DNA of 64,000 bases from Lama guanicoe (taxonomy: Eukaryota), in NCBI GenBank assembly GCA_013239625.1, contig MU056946.1:2728001-2792000 (forward strand), read 5' to 3'. Position numbers and translations under genes: made by a program. Shown here piece after piece: positions 1 to 11,800 of the stretch (position 1 is the first letter of the stretch; every line of letters begins with the position of its first letter). A model generated the notes under the pieces. That model made no database searches and was not told the DNA's origin. It saw only the letters and a program-made list of their open reading frames with translations.

Positions 1-295
1 CCAGGCTGCCTGAGGGGCTGCTCAGAAAGCTGTGGGTATTCGCTGAAGTGGAAGCAGGGAGGGGCAGGTGGCTCCCCATCCTAGCAAATTTCCTCCAGCC
101 CTTACTTGGCAGAGCAGACAAGGCCAGTTGGTGTTCCGAACAGCTGATGCCTGGACAAGCCATTGAACTGCACCTCGACCTGACTGAGTAGTTTCAATGT
201 TAGGCATTTTTGCAGGGAGGCAGAATGCTATGGGAGCCTGGAAGGCAGGAATCCCTGGGAGCTCCACAACCAGACTATAGTGCTCACTGCGCACG

Positions 296-422
296 CACCA
301 GGCCAATTCTAAATGCTTTATATGCAGTAACTCATGTAATTCAGCAACTCCATGAGGTACCTACTATTATATCCGTTTTACATGTGAAGAAATTCAAACA
401 GTAACTGGAAACTTGCCCAAGG
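296..422 (-). mobile_element. MIR SINE fragment
   Basis: Resembles the reverse-complement MIR core (aatgctttatatgcagtaactcatgtaattcagcaactccatgaggtacctactattatatccgttttacatgtgaagaaa...cttgcccaagg). Recognised by eye, boundaries approximate. Confidence 0.6.
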
Positions 423-799
423 ACAAGGGTAAATACTGATAATCCATCTGCGAAACAGGGATACAAATGCCTGCCTTACATCCACATAACACAGGTTTTG
501 CAGGACATTGACTCCTATGAATTGGCAATGAATTCGTATTTCTTAATCTGGAACCATTACAGTTTTTCCCCTTTCACTTGTTTTAATATAAGAAAGGATT
601 TTCCTAGGTAGTGGGTGCAAAAAGTGCCTGGAAAGATCCAAAAGAAATTGGTAACTACAGCGGTGTGTCCAGGCAGGGAAGCTGGATGGCTGGCAGACGA
701 GGTGGGGAATTTACTTTTCACTGTGTTTATAAACGAGATATTTAAATTAAATTTTAAAATTTTTAAGGTCTTGCGTGGTCACAGATGAGGGCTTCTGCT

Positions 800-2100
800 T
801 CAAGGCCGCGAGCGGATAAGCCGAGACCTGAAGGCGCCCACTGGCAGGGTGGCTCGCCCGGGATCACCCGAAGAGAGCTCAGGGTCCTTTACGCACCCCC
901 CCCTCAAGACCGCACCAGCGGGGGGCACTTTTCAATGCGGAAGGAGGGAGGGTGCCGGCCTCCCACGGGCGCAGAAGTGCACGGGGCTTTGGAGCATCTG
1001 GGGGGTCCACTGCGCTGGAGGCGGCGTCTGGGCCCAGGAAGCTAAGGCCCGGTCCGCCCCGCCCCGTCCAACTTAAGAGCCCTCGCGGACACCCGGGGCC
1101 AAAAGGCTGGCCAGCAAGGCTCGCTCCCCTATTTAAAGCAGGTGTTCTCACTCGCCTCTTAGGCTCCCCACACAGCCCCAGAGGCCCCGGCTTCCCTCCC
1201 TGCGCTCGTCCCGGCAGGGGCCACGCCATGCCCAGCGCGGGGCCGCGAGGGCGCCGGCCGCCCGCTCCATCGGACGCTCGGGTGCAGCCCCCGCGCCCAG
1301 GCTGCTCTCCCGCGCCCGCGTTCCCCGCACTGCTGCGCCGCTCGTCTGGCCCAGACCCACCCCGCGCGCCCGGACGCCTCGAGTCCTCCTTCTCCGTCGA
1401 GGCAATCCTGGCCAGGCCCGACCCCCGCGCGCCCGCCACCTCCCGGCTGCCAGTCCCCGGCTGCGCCGCCGCGGGCCTCGGGACCGCTCCCTCCTGGCCT
1501 CCGGCCCGGGTTCTGCCCGGCGCGTGTCGAGCGGCGTGGCTGCCCGCCTACCTGAGCGCGGGGCTGGACCAGCAGCGCCCCCAGGCCCTGGTGCTGGGGC
1601 TGCGCGCGGCTCACTTCTGCGTTCTCCAAGGCCTTGGCATCACAGGTACGGGGTGCCGGGTGCCGGTTCGGGGAAGCCGGCGGGGCGGCTGAGAGGAGGA
1701 GGCCGCGATAGGCATAGGATAGAGGAGATGCCCCTGAGTTTGAGGACCATACACGGTTTGAAGTGGGTGGGAACCCTATGACCCTTGACCTTGCAGTTGA
1801 AAGCCGGGGGCGGGGGGCGGAGTGGGACCCTTGAGACCAGACCCGGGCGCGAGGCTGCCCGGCCCGCCGCTGAGCTGGGAGAAGGCGTGTGTGAGGGCGG
1901 GTGCAGAGCGGGGCTCAGAAGACGGCCAAGGCCAGCACAGGGGCTGCACGGGGCGCGGCCCCGCGTGGCTAGAGGAAGGATTTATAGAGGCCCTGGCTCC
2001 CTCCCACACCCTCTGTGGGTAACACTGTGGCGCAGACTCTTCCCCAAAGCGGCTCTCGTCGTCGCAAACCCAGGGCCCTACCTTTAACCGGGAGAAGCGG
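800..2100. promoter_or_regulatory. CpG island over NOTO promoter/exon 1
   Basis: Visibly GC- and CpG-dense. Contains a GC box (ccgccccgcccc, ~1054-1065) and a TATA-like TATTTAAA at 1130-1137, about 90 nt upstream of the ATG at 1228. Confidence 0.75.
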
Positions 2101-5100
2101 GTGCTACTGCTGGTACTGCTCAGCGAGGAGCTGTTGGGAGTTAAAGACTCCATCCCACCTCCAATGCTCATGTCTGAGTGAGCTTAGCTTCCACACTTCG
2201 CTGCTTGCTTGTTACAGCTGTTAGAATGGTACCTTGGGGCTCTGGGCTCTGGGCTCTGGAGCGCAGGCACTGACTTACATCTCAGTGCGAATTTAACTGT
2301 TGAGGGAACTTTGTCCTCTCGCATTAACATCCGCCTACACAAGTCTTTGCCATTTGGGGCTATCTGGTTCATGCTTTCCCATGGTTTCCATGAGAACAGG
2401 AGCAAAGTTAGTGCAAGCACTATCGACCCATATGAAGGCTATTATAAGACAATCTAACCTGCCTCCTACTTCCTGGGTTCCCCCTATCCTATATTTCCTC
2501 CATTCCTTTTGGCTGGACATTCCTCCAACCATGTGGGAGAGAAACCTTGGTCTCCTAACCCCATCCAAATTCATGCCACTGCACGGGAGCCCCGGCCCTC
2601 ACGCCAAGCCACTCTTTTCTAACGTCTCCACACACCTGGGTCTGAATTGCAGTTTATTTCTCTAGATTACGGTTGTCTCATTTGCAAGTTGGTTTTTGCA
2701 TAGGTATTACATCCACACAGTTCAAACTTCAAAGTGTTTACTAAGACATAGTATGGGAAAGAGTTTCCTCTCCCATTCCTGTCCCCACAGCCACCTGGTT
2801 CCCCCCTACCCCACAGGCAGCCAGACACCAGGTTTTAATTCTTCCAGAGGTATTTTATACATATTTAATACCTGAACACATACACGTGAATGTATGTATG
2901 TGTGTGAATATATATGTGTGTATATATATACACACACACACATACACATATATACATTCTTCTAATCTCCCATATTAGACACATTACTCTTTTCACTTGA
3001 CCATATATCCTGGAGATTTTTCCTTTATCAATACACGCAGAGCTTCTTTATGCCACAGAGTGGTCCATTGTAAGGATGTACCATATTTTAATCAGAACGC
3101 ATTGATTATTTCTCATCTTTTGCTATTAATGCCTATGCTTATGGTAAGCCAGGTGGGCCCAGTGACTGAGGTCTGGGGCCGCTAGGGCCCTGGCCTCTCT
3201 CCATTCACTCAGGCAGTTTGTCTGCCAACCCTGGAGCCTCGCCAAGGCTAGTGGCAAATGAGGAATCATAGCACTGCACTTGTGGGGCCTCTGTTTGGAA
3301 CACTTCCCTCCAAGACAGCCCAGTGGCTTACTTCCTCATTCCTTCAGTGACATGACTCAGGTACTGTCCCCCCGCTGGACCAATCTCCACCTCCACTGGC
3401 CCGCAGCTTGATGAGCTGAATAGTACCTTATGTGCATTAGAAAAGGGCACCCCTAACTTTAAGCAGACACAAAACCTGGTCAGGGAGCAAGCATTGGGCA
3501 GAATTTCAGACTCCACTTACCCTCGCAGCTAGGTACCCGTGTGCAGGGCACAAACTGTACATACTGACCCCATTCAAATGTGACCTCAATGAGGTGGCTA
3601 CTCTTTCTGAAGATGCAAACGACCCCCGCTCCCACATACACCTCCCCCTGTCCCTCCCTGCCTTATTCTTCTCACTAGCGCTCATCACTTTCTGACATAC
3701 TCAATGTTTTACTTATGTACCTTTTTCACTCAACATTTTACTTATTTACCCTTTTTACTGTTAGGAATTTTCGTATTTTGTCCCGGAAGCATGCCTGAAA
3801 CATAGTAGACATCGAAAAGGATGAACTCTTTGTTCAGAAGGGGTCCCTTCTCTGTTTATCCCATAGGGTTTTCCTAAAGTAAAGGAGAGGAGGACCAGAG
3901 AGATGGAGGTCTGGCAACTCCTCTTAGGGGCAGAGATTAAGCCACTCAGTTGAAGAATAGTGGAGACAGAAGTGGTCTCACAGCACTGTCCCTTCTTATT
4001 TGGGAGTGTCTTCCCTCTCTGCCTTTTTGCTGTGTTACCTGGCTGAGGACAAGGGGAGTACAGGGGAGCTGCGAGTTGTTCTCTCTCCTCCAAGATGAGA
4101 GGGCAGAGGGGGACTGGCTAACCTCCCCTCCTGCTGATTCCTTTTCAGGCTTGGAGCTGGCTCACTGCCCAGGCCTCTGGGGTCCTCCAGACTGGGCCCC
4201 AGCTCACTACCTTCAGGACACTGAGAGATCCCAAAAGAGGGTTCGAACTATGTTTAACTTGGAGCAGTTGGAAGAGTTGGAGAAAATGTTTGCAAAACAG
4301 CACAATCTGGTGGGGAAGCAGAGAGCCCAGCTGGCAGCCCAGCTCAACCTTACGGAGAACCAGGTGAGAGCAGGGACTCAGGTGGGGCCTGGGCTGCACC
4401 TGGGGATTGACACTACTCTCTTAAAGACCCTGGGAGGAAGACATGGGCTTTTGTCCTCTGTGGCAGGTCGCTGGGAGAGACAGGCCCTACCCATTGGCAC
4501 ACTTCCTTCCCTGTATGATGAGAAAAATAGTCCTATTTGAAGTCACGTTATGGGAACAACACATGGTGTTAACCTGAACTTTATAATATAACGTTTGCAC
4601 GCTAAATAAGGAGCTAACAATGAGATTGAGTAAGTATCCAAGGGACTAACTTTAAAAATAATAAACATTCTCTTCACCTCATATTCCCCTCCAGCTGCTG
4701 CATCATTTCTCTGCTTTTTCACAGGCACTGGCTATGTTCTCTCCATATACTCCCCTCCCCTCTACTCCTTACTCATCCCAGTGTGAACTCTTTCCCTACC
4801 ATTTCATCAAACCTTCTCATCAAGGTCTCTAAGGACCTCTGTGTTGCCAGAGGCAACAGCTGCTTCCCTTTCCTCATGGTATTCCACCTCTCAGGACAGT
4901 TGACCACTCCTTCTCTTACTGAATCACACTCTTTTGGCTTCCAGACACCGCAGTCTCTTGGTTTTCCTCCCAGCTCTCCAGTCCTTTCTTCCCTGTCGCC
5001 TTTGTAGGCAACCCTTCTCTGTGACCTCAAATCTTTCTCCCCGGCTGATTTCATCTATTCTCACAGTTTGAAATACCATCTACAAGCCAATGACTCCCAA

Positions 5101-6334
5101 ATTTGTATTCTCTGCCCACCACTCTTTTCTGATTTGTGCAGCTAACTACCTTCTTTTGGCCTCCACTTGGATATCTTGTGGGTAGCCATTTCAAACATAA
5201 CAAGCCAAAACCTCAATTCTTGATCTTTTTTCTCCCCAAAACTCTCTTTCCCCACACATGGTAATCCAGTGTCCACCCAGTGCTCAAAATACCTAGTGAT
5301 CCTAGAGTCTTCTTTCTCTTCCACTCCATCAGCCAGCCTTGTCACGCCTACCTCCAAAACACAGCTGGAGTCACTTCATTTCTCTCCGTTGCATCCAGTT
5401 TCAAATGGGACTATTTTTCTTATCATATAGGGAAGTGAGCAGCCCAGCTCTCGCTGGATCACTGCGGCAGTTTCCCAGTTCTCCCCTGCATCTGTTTACA
5501 TCCATTCTTCAAACAGCAGCCAGATGTGCAATTTACTTGAGATGTAAATAGGACTATGTCACACCCTACTTACAAGCCTCGAAGTTGACACTCCTTCCCT
5601 ACAGCCTTCACAGTCCTGGGTGATCTGGTCCCCACTGACCTCTCGCACTCTCCCTTCCTTTGCTTTCCCCTCTCTCAGATGCATCAGCCACGCTCTCCTC
5701 TGTTGTGGTCCTCAAACACTCCAAGCTTAGCTCCCCTGCCCTGGCTTGCTTTTCTCTGTCCCCATCAGGCTGGCCTCTCACCCTCTGAGCCTCAGCTTAA
5801 GTGCTGATTCCTCAGGGAGGCACAAACCCCTATTCACACCTCCTATTTGTGCTTATATATTTGTTTGTTCCCATAGTTGTTATTAGTGTCTCTCCACTAG
5901 ACTGTGAGCTCTCTGAGGGCAGAGACCACGCCTCAATGGCTCACCACTGTATCACCATCACCTTGAGTGGTGCCTAGCACATATTAGGAGCTTAATAAAT
6001 ACTTGTTGGGTGAATGAATGGTGACTGGAATTAGAGCAAAGGGTCTTTTGAAGGAGATACTTCCCTTAGAACAAAGAGTAAATTCTGGCCAGAGACGAGT
6101 GGGCACTGTGGGAATGGGGGAAGCAGTGGGAACTGCTGGTCACATTCTGATCTCTGTCCACTGCCTCAATTATAGGTGAGGGTCTGGTTCCAAAACCGCA
6201 GGGTCAAGTACCAGAAGCAGCAAAGGCTGAAACTGCCACCTGTGTCTGCCACGGCTGCCTCTCCAGACGAGCCCTCCAGCAGCTCCGAAACCAGCATCCA
6301 GAGAGAAGACGCAGGGCCAGGAATGGACAGCTGA
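1228..6334 (+). CDS. NOTO: Notochord homeobox protein; join(1228..1645,4149..4363,6176..6334), 263 aa
   Basis: ATG in gccATGc context. eh1 Groucho-binding motif FSVEAIL at 1390-1410. Homeodomain KRVRTMFNLEQLEELEKMFAKQHNLVGKQRAQLAAQLNLTENQ|VRVWFQNRRVKYQK is split by a phase-0 intron. All introns GT-AG; 418+215+159=792 nt, in frame, ending TGA. Confidence 0.96.
2875..2956. repeat. Compound (TG)/(TA)/(CA) microsatellite
   Basis: Read directly; includes a 22-bp perfect palindrome tgtgtgtatatatatacacaca at 2915-2936. Confidence 0.85.
4780..6020 (+). mobile_element. L2 LINE remnant (~1.2 kb) in NOTO intron 2
   Basis: Pyrimidine-rich L2-like body ending in the typical L2 3' tail (gtgcctagcacatattaggagcttaataaatacttgttgggtgaatgaatg). 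Confidence 0.7.
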
Positions 6335-6489
6335 GGACTGCGACAGAGGCTCAGCCCAGGCTGTCTGGGCTAGTTCTCCCCAGGGGCACCCACTGGATCT
6401 CCATTCTCTCCTTCTTAATGAAGAGCCTTGTCAGAGTCAAGGGGTACTACCCCTGGGAGCTCTAATAATGAAAACGGTCCAGCAGCACA

Positions 6490-6642
6490 GACTTTGGCCT
6501 TCAGCTATGTCCTTGGCCAAGTTAGGAAATGAACTTCAGAGGCTTTTTTTTCAATCTGTATAATGGGTGTGTTGATAACTTAGACTTCCCAGGGCTGAAA
6601 TGTCTGTAAAGCACTTACATTGTGCCAAGCCCAATAAATGTG
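6490..6642 (+). mobile_element. Degenerate MIR in NOTO 3' UTR
   Basis: Collinear with the MIR core and tail: gtccttggccaagtta...atctgtataatggg...tgtaaagcacttacattgtgcc...caataaatg. Confidence 0.6.
6633..6638 (+). terminator. Putative NOTO poly(A) signal AATAAA
   Basis: First AATAAA I see downstream of the NOTO stop, about 300 nt after it. Confidence 0.55.
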
Positions 6643-8279
6643 CAGGAAGGCTTGTAGGTCTCCTTCACCCAGAGGAGCAGTACATGCTCCAGCCCTGGCC
6701 TTTCCAAGGATTCATCTTTTTCTAGCCTGGCTGCAGAGGAGAGGGCCTTCCTGAGTCAGTGTCTGGGCTTAGAAGACTCTTCCCCATCAGAGATGGTGGA
6801 GTTGAGAGCAGAGGGAAAGACAGATCATTTAGCCCACTTCCTCTCACAGAATTTCCCAAAGCTTTCTTGTTTTGTCTAAACTGTTACTACTCTCAGAAGG
6901 AGCTCAGGCCCAGCTGCCTCCTTGGAGCAGACGTGCTGCCCTGACCACCATCTTTTTCCCTCTTGCTGCTAGTCTTGACCCTCTTTCCATCTTTAATATA
7001 GGGTAAAGAAAGTTTTAACTCTGCCTTTGCCAAGATCACCATTTTGTCTTGAACTATGCTGTATTATTATTTCCCCTCTTCATGATCCTGATTCAAGGCT
7101 CCTGTTCCTTCCCAGGAAGCCTGCCACCAACATTTCCAGAGCTGATTTCTCTGCCACTCTACATTCCCTGGAGGACCCCTGTTGAGGTTATTCATTTGGA
7201 ATCTAGAATGGCTTGTGTTGAGGTGAGCTGGTAGAAGACCTGCCCTGCCACCTGGTGGTGAGAGGGGCATGGTCCACACTGCTCTCCAGAGTTTCCTGAG
7301 GGAGAGGCAAGGCAAGGAGCAGGGCAGCCTTGGAAAACCACCTGCCCCCAAGGCAGTGGACCATCCTCTGAGGATGCTAGGCTGCAACTGGAGCGAGGTT
7401 AGGGCCCAGCTTCAAAAACCTTTCTGTTCCTGTCTTCAGTGAAATCCTTCGTAACAGCTGGACCCAAAGTCTACTTTATTAATCAAAAGAACACAGTTGC
7501 ATCTGCCTCTTCCAGGCTCACTTTTCAAAAAAATCAAGTTACCTAACCAGGCTCTATCCAATCCCTAAATGTCACCATGAGACCACAGCACATGCAGACA
7601 CAGGTCCCTTTTAAAGGAGCACAGAATCAACTGGAGGAAAAGGGAACAAAATGAGACTGGCGGTCAGGCCTGGCTGTGGGGGCAGGTGCTATAGGTCTGC
7701 AGCCTTTTGGGGGCCCTGAACAAGAGAACAGGCCAGTCTCCTGTTGTAAGGACAATGTGCATATGCAGACTCACTTCTGCATACAATTTCAGGGGTCTTC
7801 AGACCTGAGGCCCAAAATGGACCCTCCCTCTGGCACCCTCAGGCTACAAGGTCTCCACACCACTAACGAGTCTGAGAAAGGCACACATCCAGCTAGACTG
7901 TGTGGGGACTGTCTTCTCGGCTGTCAGAGTGCCTAGGGAGAAAGAAAATCTTGTGGCAGCCTTTGCAGGATGGACAGGTGGAGTAAGCTAGTCCTTCCCT
8001 TCAGGTCAGAGAGGATAGCAGTAAGTTGGCCCACTGCTGTCCCACCCCAGGGCTGGGCCAAAGAGCGCTTGACTCAAGACAGGCCACTGGGTGCCAGACA
8101 CAACATACAGACACACAAACATGAACTCAGATACGGATACATCAAAACCACACTCACAAGGGCTCTGATGCTGGCCACGAAAACGGACAGATAAAACTGC
8201 ACAGATGTAAAAGTACAAAGGCAGGCCCAGTTCCACCTAGTGCACGAACCACTCGACCAACACACACAGATCAAAGGGA

Positions 8280-8830
8280 CACGCTAGAGCGCAAGCCCTC
8301 GCTGCCTCGCGGGCACTCACATCGGGGGCGGGACCGGGGGGGGCGGGGCCTCCCGGGTTGAGGTGGGTCAAAGGTCAGGAGGCGGAGGTACGCCCAAGAT
8401 GGCGGCCTCCATGAGCGACGTGTTCTCCTTCTGCGTGGGCGTGGCGGGCCGGGCCCGGGTCGCCGTGGAAGTCCGCTTCGTGAGCAGTGCCAAGGTGAGG
8501 CCGCGGCAGACCGTCCCGGGAGCGCTGACCCCGTCCGGCCCTGGAGACCGCCCCGTGGGACCCCGTTCCTAGAGACTAGAAGCTTCTCTGTCGCTCGGAC
8601 GCTGCGGCGCGGCCCGGCCCGTGCTCGCGGCCCGGGGGCTCCCAGTCTGTCCCCATGCGCAGGCTTCCGGGGCGGTCACCTGGTGGACTGGGGCCAGCGA
8701 AGTCTCCATGCGCCCCCTCCTCCCCCAGCAGAAGGGGGCCTTCTCGTCAGTGGTCTCGCTACGGCTGCTCCAAGCGGGGCCCGGGGACGTTGTTGCTGGG
8801 CCCCGGGTGCGGTGGGCGGGATATGCAGAG
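8280..8830. promoter_or_regulatory. CpG-island promoter of SMYD5 with GC boxes, DR1 element (8365-8377) and YY1 motif (8395-8406)
   Basis: GGGGCGGGG boxes at ~8325-8348. GGGTCA-A-AGGTCA is a perfect DR1. CAAGATGGCGGC overlaps the start codon. Confidence 0.8.
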
Positions 8831-11800
8831 CAGAGGAAGCTGCGGTATAAAAGAAAAAAGGGTGGGTCCTCAGGAAAATTTCTGAGTCAGATTTGGGTGG
8901 CAGATGAGGAAAGAGGCCAGGACACTTCAGGAAGGGTCTTGGAGTGCTAAGGGATTTGGACCGAAGCCCATTGGAAGCATTTGAAGGGTTTTAACGAGAG
9001 AGTGACATTTTATTGTTTTATTATCATGTTTCTGAAGTACACTGTAGAAAAAAAAATTGAAAATGCATGTAAGGAAAGAGAAGGTAAAACACTCACAATC
9101 CTGTATTTGTGTAAATATGTGCATATTAAAATATTTTTGGAAACTGCTTTTTGATGCAGCAGTGAATACTTAAGTATCAATAATTCAATTTCTATGTATA
9201 ATTTTTAAGAGTTGAGTAACAGCGGAAGGGCCACAGTTCACTTAGCAGCTGCTCATTTGTGGACCTTTATGTTATATCTTGTTTTTTATCCCTGAGGTCA
9301 AAGATACTGGAGCTCAGTTTCTGTGTACACATCCTTTTGTTCTCCCTAGCACTGAGTATTTTCCTTACATGTTTGCTAGTTGATATGTGCAAAACGGTAT
9401 TGGTGTATTGTCGTTTACATTTCTTTGTTTACTAATGAGGTTGAATATTTCATCATATATAATGGCTGTGTGTATCTTTGGTCCTTGCCCAAGATGTCGG
9501 CCTTCTAGACATTTGTCGCCTGCTCTCAGCATCTTCACACTCATCCAGTTCCCTGACCTGGCCTTCCATTGCCCTCTTTCCATTCCAGGGGCCTCTGGAA
9601 CATTCCTCTCTTTCCCTGGTAAATCAGCTCCTCTGTATCCTTGGCCTCCTCAGCTGCTCACAACTTCATCCCCACTGCAAGACCTCTAGTGCTCTTGATT
9701 GGCTGACAGTTTGATGGTGTCTCAGTTCCACCACTCCTAGCATGCAGAGATATTCAACTTTACTTTCACTTAGCCTCCCCATCTCTCAGCCCCCTCCTTT
9801 CTTTACTTCTTCCCTCCTACTTCATCAGTCCAACCACTCTCCTGACCAAATTGTCCTGTCCTAGCCTTCTATCAAAACCCCACCTGGCTTCTCTCTCCAT
9901 GCCTACAACTGATCTGCTGCCGCAGAAAAATCATATATCCAGATTTCGTGAAAAGATGGAGTACCCTGGGTTTTTTTGTATCTGTATTCATCAAGTCAGA
10001 TTGGTTTGTGATTTTTTTTTTCTTTATGCTATCTTCCTTAGGTTACCACATCAAAGTTATGCTTGTTTTTGGTAAAATAGAGAAGCTTTCCATTTTTTTC
10101 CCCTCTGTTACTGAATAGTTTAAATAGCATGAGAGTTACTTACTTGGTTTGAGAGAGCTGGCTCATGAAACTATATAGACATGGGGGTAGTTTTCGACCA
10201 CTTTCTCTGTTGCCTCTATGGTTATCGGCAGGGATGATTTTTACAGTTTTACCAGTTGCTATGCCAAGGACATGACCAATCAGAACAGAAACCTGACCAA
10301 ATATGGTGAATGACTAAAGATGTTGGCATTGCTTAATAGTCTGTCTAGGCTTTCTTTCTTTTGGATTCACTTTTAGCAATCAGTGTTTTTCTAGAAAATC
10401 ATTTAATAAAGAATTAATTTACTACATAGTCTTAGATTGTTGTACAGTCTTTAAAAAAAAACTTCCTTTTCAAATTGGAAATAACTGCATAGTTTGTACC
10501 CTTTCCATTCTGCTTCAGTTCTCTCCAAGCTTCTTGGTGATACGAATTTGAGCTATTTTTCTTGAAACACTTTCCTATGTTTGGGGGATGAGTGGTTTCA
10601 TAGAGGAATAGCTCTGATTCTTTTCCCTTTTGCTTTGATTGATAAATATTTCCTACATTTCATCCTCCAGAAAGAGGGAGAAAGAGATCAATATTTATCC
10701 AATATTGAGGACTTGAAATTGCCAGAGGTAATGTGGGTCCCAGCCCATGTCTTTTTTTCCCACAGAGGAAGGCCAGGTTTCCATTTTGCTAGGTTGGGTC
10801 GCAGGGGCTACTTGACATGGAGGTGGGGAAAGACAACTGAGCTACATCCATGGCTTTGCCATTGGTTTTGTCCCGGCTGTCCCGCTGTACTGTTAGAGCT
10901 CCCAGAGTTGTCCACAGGGTTGAGATTCTAGGCTCATGGGTTGCTCAGGGCCTGTCCAGGTCTACCCATCCTGCTGCTCTGACTTTGGGAGGAGCCCCTG
11001 TCTAGCCAGAGCGCCAATGCTAGAAGGAAACAGGGAACTACCTGGGGGGGGGGGGCGCATGACAGGACATTTCACTGCTGGGTCAGTCATTTCTCTTATC
11101 TCCCTTTTTGTGACAGTTCAGTGTTGACAGGGGCCTCTTCTCTAAATGTATAGTTGGGGAAATGCCCAGCAGGACCAGTAACTGCATAGGTTCTGAAGCT
11201 GTCTCCTGAGTCCCTTTGCACATTTGAGAGATGGCAGTTCAACAGTTGTCTTCTCATCCTTCATCCCTTACATGATGTATGTGGTGCTTTAGACCAGTTC
11301 TTCTCATTTAACATGCATTTGAATCACCTTGGCATCTTGTTCAAGCGCAGATTCTAACTCAGCAGGTCTGGAGTGGGGCCTGAGGTTCTACATTTCTAAC
11401 AGCTCCCAGGCAGTGCTCATGCTTCCAGTCCGTCCTCTCACTTTGGGTAGTAAGGAGCTAGAGCTCATCACCTGTGCTATATTACTGTATCCTGGAAACT
11501 ACCTGGCAGGTATTATAATACTCGCTTTTCAGATGGGAAACAGATGCAAAGAAGTGAAGCAGTTGGCTCAAAGATTCACAGCAAGTTAGCATTAGGAGTG
11601 GTGCTAGGATTAGCCATTTCCTTCTGTGTAACACCTCAGAACTTCCTGAGTGCCCGGTACTACGCTGGGTGCTGTGAGGCCCCGGCTGACTGGGGAAGTG
11701 GGGCATATTTTCCCCCAAACTAGGCCTCCCTCTCCCGTGGTGTAGGATTTCTCTGCAACCCTGAGCAGCAGCAACATCATGGCCAGGATCTTGGAGGGGC

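Noticed and set aside
952-1227. In-frame N-terminal extension of NOTO (ORF 952..1692)
   Set aside because: It starts at GTG upstream of the TATA box. Recognisable NOTO begins at ATG 1228, and GC-rich DNA is stop-poor.
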